This document shows, piece by piece, positions 60,257 to 64,000 of a DNA stretch of 64,000 nt (within the stretch, counting starts at the first letter, position 1; each line of letters begins with the position of its first letter). The notes beneath the pieces were generated by a model. The model did not search any database. It was not told where the DNA came from and saw only the letters and a list, made by a program, of their open reading frames with translations. The DNA lies in contig CBDEUM010000004.1 in assembly GCA_965242925.1 (NCBI GenBank), forward strand, positions 64,001 through 128,000, given 5' to 3'. The position numbers and the translations under genes were made by a program. The DNA comes from Roseibacillus sp. Lineage in GTDB: Bacteria; Verrucomicrobiota; Verrucomicrobiia; Verrucomicrobiales; Akkermansiaceae.

Positions 60257-60916
60257 TCAGTCCTTGAGCTTCAGCTTGAGCAATTTTGGCTGAATGACGA
60301 CCCGGCAATAACCGTTTCGCCGCTTGTTCAAAAAATAGAAATCCTGGTGGTAGTCCTCGGCTCCCCAGAACTTCACGACCTTGCGGATTTCCGTGACGAT
60401 GGGTTTCTTGAACATCTTCTGGGCCTCTTTCATGGATGCCTCGGTCGCTTTCTTCTGCTCTTCGGAGTGAAAGAAGACGGCGGAGCGATACTGGGGCCCC
60501 TTGTCTGCGCCCTGCTGATCCTTGCTGGTCGGATCATGGAGTTCCCAGAACCAGGCCAGGACATCAGAGGTTGGGATTTTCTTGGGATCGTAGATCACCT
60601 GCACGACTTCAATGTGTCCCGTGTTCTTCTGGCAGATCTGTTCATAGGTCGGATTCTGCACGAAACCTCCCATATAGCCGGATACTACCGAATGGACGCC
60701 CTCCAGTTGCTGGTAAACGGCCTCCACGCACCAGAAGCAGCCGGCGCCGAGCGTGATCGTCTCTGATCCTTCGGGGGGAGCTCCTCTTTCGTCGACCGCT
60801 TTTTCCTTCATCTTTGTCTTGGGAATCTTGCTTGTATTCTTGGTGCCGCTGTCCTGGCACGATGCCGCGCCGATGGCGAACAGACCAAGCAGGGTCGAGA
60901 GAGCTACTGCTTTCAT
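60257..60916 (-). CDS. msrA: Peptide-methionine (S)-S-oxide reductase with lipoprotein signal
   Basis: GCFWCVE, SGYMGG, TGHIEV, GPQYRS, AEDYHQ; N-terminal signal with AASC. Confidence 0.95.
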   Translation of the reverse strand: MKAVALSTLLGLFAIGAASCQDSGTKNTSKIPKTKMKEKAVDERGAPPEGSETITLGAGCFWCVEAVYQQLEGVHSVVSGYMGGFVQNPTYEQICQKNTGHIEVVQVIYDPKKIPTSDVLAWFWELHDPTSKDQQGADKGPQYRSAVFFHSEEQKKATEASMKEAQKMFKKPIVTEIRKVVKFWGAEDYHQDFYFLNKRRNGYCRVVIQPKLLKLKLKD

Positions 60917-61238
60917 GATGCCCAGAGGTTAACGGTTGTCATCTTGTTGTGCAACCGGAAGGAATTGTGGAGAGCCAGAAAATCCGGCCGGAAACCCAAC
61001 CAATTGCCTGTAAATAGCGGTTAATTCCCTGTTGGCGATTTCTTTCGTGGGCCCTGTTCGACTGAGGGAGAGTTTTGATTCCTCCCCGATTCCGGTCCTC
61101 TTTGCCGCTGAGGATCAATCCCTTGCCGGCCATCTGCGAGGCCTCGGTGACCGGTGATCAGGGAGTGGCCCTGTTAAAGTCGCCCGTCACTCTGCCGACT
61201 TGCGAAGAATCAGGTCGTCCTCTATGACCGCCTGGTCC

Positions 61239-62168
61239 ATGGCTGCTACGGTTCTCGATCTCAGGAATGTACAGAAGATCTACAAGGGCAGGGTCGAGGC
61301 TTTGCGGGGGATCTCATTACAGGTAGCGGAGGGATCAATCTTCGGTTTGCTCGGCCCAAATGGAGCGGGCAAGAGCACCCTGGTGAAGATTCTCACCACC
61401 ATCATTCATCCCACCCGGTGCGAGGGAACAATGCTGGGGTGCCCGGTGGGTCACAAGCCGACCCTCCGACAGGTGGGCTACCTGCCCGAGCATGCCCGCT
61501 TCCCAGCCTACCTCACCGGGCGTCAGGTGATCCAATACGCCGCCGGTCTTGCCGGGGTCCGGGTGAATCCAGAACGCGTCCGGAACCTCCTCAAGCTGGT
61601 GGGGATGGAGGGCGCCAGTGAACGTACTCTGAAGACCTACTCCAAGGGAATGGTGCAGCGGATCGGGTTCGCCCAGGCTCTGGTTAACGATCCCCAGCTG
61701 GTTTTCCTGGATGAGCCGACGGACGGAGTCGATCCGGAGGGGCGTCGTGTCATGCGTGAATTGCTTCTGAAGCTGCGGAGCGAGGGAAGGACCGTATTCG
61801 TGAATAGTCACCTTCTTGGTGAGCTGGAGACCGTTTGCGACTCGGTTGCCATTCTCAAGGAGGGATCGGTCGTCAGGCAGGGAGCCCTGGCTGAGCTCAC
61901 CGGCGGATCGTGCCGGTTCGAAATCATTACCGCAGGGCCAATCGGGGAGGAGGTGGCTGAGAGGTTCCGGACGAAGGGATTGGTGGTTGAGGAGAGACGG
62001 GTGGAGGTTTCCGGGGGCGATGCCGAGCCGGTCCAGCCCGTGCTTGATGCTCTGCGCTCCGAAGGGTCAGTCATCACCGAGGTGCGTCAGGTACGCCAGT
62101 CGCTGGAGGATCTCTTTCTGGAATCGGTCGCTGATGAAAGCGGGCGGAAAGGGAAGGATTCGTCATGA
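61239..62168 (+). CDS. ABC transporter ATP-binding protein
   Basis: GPNGAGKST, YSKGMVQR, FLDEPT, NSH. Confidence 0.95.
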   Translation: MAATVLDLRNVQKIYKGRVEALRGISLQVAEGSIFGLLGPNGAGKSTLVKILTTIIHPTRCEGTMLGCPVGHKPTLRQVGYLPEHARFPAYLTGRQVIQYAAGLAGVRVNPERVRNLLKLVGMEGASERTLKTYSKGMVQRIGFAQALVNDPQLVFLDEPTDGVDPEGRRVMRELLLKLRSEGRTVFVNSHLLGELETVCDSVAILKEGSVVRQGALAELTGGSCRFEIITAGPIGEEVAERFRTKGLVVEERRVEVSGGDAEPVQPVLDALRSEGSVITEVRQVRQSLEDLFLESVADESGRKGKDSS

Positions 62169-63196
62169 ATACGCTTGGCGTTCTCCTTCTTGACTCCTTC
62201 CGGATGCTGCGATCACAGAAGCTCTTCTGGATCGTGCTGACGCTCTCCGGAATGGTGGCGCTGGGGTATGCCTCCATCGGTTTCGACCAAAAAGGCATAT
62301 CGCTCTTCTTCGGCTTGTGGACCATCGAACATGAATCCCTTCAGTTGGGGACGGAGGAGTCCAGGGAACTGTATCTCCTTATCTTCACCAACACCATCGT
62401 CCCTCACTGGCTTGGGTTGTTCGCGGTGGTGCTGGCCCTCATTTCCTGCGCCTCGATCTTCCCTGAATTCGTGCGCGAGGGATCGGTTGACCTGACGCTC
62501 TCCAAGCCGCCGCGCCGCATCACACTGTTCCTGGGCAAGTATCTGGGAAGTCTCCTGTTCGTTTTTCTGCAGGTCCTGCCATTTACGGTAATCGTATTCC
62601 TGTCCTTCGGCCTTCGTTTTGAAGAGTGGAATCTGGGTCTTTTCTGGGCGGTGCCTCTGGTCGTGCTCGTCTTCAGCTTTGTCTATGCCATGCATGTTCT
62701 GATCTCGATCTGGTCGGGTTCCACTGTCTTCGGTCTGCTCGCCGCCTGCCTTGTCTGGGGTGTGTCGGTGCTCACGGAATGGACCGAAGACATCGTTTAC
62801 CAGTTTGCCTACACTGTTCCGCAGGCAGGCATGAAGCCGGACTGGGCTGGCGGGGGGGTTGAGGAGATGGAACCCCGGGAGAGCGCAGGGGAGTTCATGG
62901 TGGGGTTGCACAGGTGCCTCGATGTTCTCCGGACCCCGTTGCCGAAGACCCGTGCGGTGGGGGCTCAAATGAGAAATCTGATCAGCGTTGACCAGGGCGG
63001 CAGCGGACTGGCAGGGAAGTCTCTCCTTGGTTCACTGTTCAGTGATTCGTCCATGGAGGTGCCGCCACACATCGCGGAGGCCGAGCGCCGCGCTGATCAG
63101 CGGCATCCCGTGTGGAAGGATGTGGGGAGTTCGCTCTGTTACGAATTACTCGTGGCAGGGTTGGCGGCCTGGATTTTCGCCCGGAGGGATTACTGA
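62165..63196 (+). CDS. ABC-2 type permease
   Basis: Overlapping ATGA start; TM helices; EGSVDLTLSKP.RR..LFLGKYLG; C-terminal FARRDY. Confidence 0.88.
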   Translation: MNTLGVLLLDSFRMLRSQKLFWIVLTLSGMVALGYASIGFDQKGISLFFGLWTIEHESLQLGTEESRELYLLIFTNTIVPHWLGLFAVVLALISCASIFPEFVREGSVDLTLSKPPRRITLFLGKYLGSLLFVFLQVLPFTVIVFLSFGLRFEEWNLGLFWAVPLVVLVFSFVYAMHVLISIWSGSTVFGLLAACLVWGVSVLTEWTEDIVYQFAYTVPQAGMKPDWAGGGVEEMEPRESAGEFMVGLHRCLDVLRTPLPKTRAVGAQMRNLISVDQGGSGLAGKSLLGSLFSDSSMEVPPHIAEAERRADQRHPVWKDVGSSLCYELLVAGLAAWIFARRDY

Positions 63197-63287
63197 GAAG
63201 GATGCAGTTGGCCCGGATGTGTGGGCGCGCCAGGAAAACCCGTTCGGTCAAGGGGGAATGCCGGATCCTGCAGGTGGCAGGCGAAAA

Positions 63288-64000
63288 TCACTGGTCGGCA
63301 GATTGTGTTTTCGCCTCTCCAAGGTGCTCCCTGATGAAGCCCTGGATATAGCGCGAGCCAAAGAATTCCTTGGTGACTTTCGGTTCGTCGCCGTGGGGCA
63401 GGTAGAGGACATTGACCGGGACAGCCCTCCTCTTCAGTTCGGCAATGGTCTGGGCAATTCTCGGATCGTAATTGGTGAAATCAGCCTTGAGAGGCAGGAT
63501 ATTGTGCGTATCGAACAATTTCCGGACCGCCCTGTTGTATCCCCGGGACTTGTTGACCTGGCAGGTCGCACACCATGTGGCGGTGAAATCCACATAGACA
63601 GGCCTGCCCTGCTCAAGGGCCTGTTCTACGGCCTCGGGTGACCAGGGTTTCCAGTCGAGACCCGCCGGGGGCGGTTTGGAGGACATTAGTCCAACGCTGG
63701 AAAAGAGAACCGCGGCGACATAACCAACTGTCCGGGTACGTCTGGTCCGGGAAATGACGCACCAGCGGCCGTAGACCCACAGGGCGATTCCGATGAAGGT
63801 CAACCCCAGGACGATTGGAAGCATCTTGCCGAGACCAACCTCCTTGAGAGAGAGTAGCGACCAGAGGAGAAAGCCAGCAGTGCCGAACAGGAGAAAGGCC
63901 ATGGCCTGCTTGAAGGATTCCATCCAGGGTCCGGGTCGGGGCAGTTTTTCGACCAGTCTGGGAAAGGCAGAGAGGAGGACGTAAGGGAAGGCTAATCCGA
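63288..64000 (-). CDS. dsbD: Thiol:disulfide interchange protein DsbD, C-terminal part (truncated by window edge)
   Basis: LPRPGPWMESFKQAMAFLLF; YVDFTATWCATCQVN; ADFT; AVPVNVLY. Confidence 0.9.
   Translation of the reverse strand, partial: GLAFPYVLLSAFPRLVEKLPRPGPWMESFKQAMAFLLFGTAGFLLWSLLSLKEVGLGKMLPIVLGLTFIGIALWVYGRWCVISRTRRTRTVGYVAAVLFSSVGLMSSKPPPAGLDWKPWSPEAVEQALEQGRPVYVDFTATWCATCQVNKSRGYNRAVRKLFDTHNILPLKADFTNYDPRIAQTIAELKRRAVPVNVLYLPHGDEPKVTKEFFGSRYIQGFIREHLGEAKTQSADQ

Overview
GC-rich bacterial chromosomal segment, most likely from a PVC-superphylum organism. Verrucomicrobiota is the best inference, from the DUF1553/DUF1501 pair, His6-type hisA, SHD1 domains and multiple PilB/GspE loci. 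Content is mostly core genes (fabD, hisA, riboflavin synthase, trxB, metG, nadD, scpA, metF, aspS, hisS, trhO, phoH, ybeY, msrA, dsbD) plus tRNA-Ser(UGA) and tRNA-Asp(GUC). There are also secreted hydrolases, two type IV pilus/T2SS-like loci with three PilB/GspE ATPases, and a gpgS-glycosyltransferase-HAD compatible-solute operon. I found no integrase, transposase, CRISPR array or rRNA. The most interesting unexplained items are: (i) a modular four-gene membrane cluster (GYF_2-DUF4190 x2, GYF_2-CD225/dispanin, DUF2752) with a duplicated N-terminal module; (ii) a ~150-nt minus-strand structured element with two alternative folds, a GCAA-capped 12-bp hairpin and an upstream IHF-consensus site in the 36.4-36.9 kb intergenic region; (iii) a secreted 17-aa-repeat protein resembling a beta-flower barrel; (iv) two envelope genes with perfect DNA tandem arrays (DEPGS, PEDK) that are each frameshifted, possibly as assembly artefacts. 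All family assignments come from motif recognition by eye; no searches were run.
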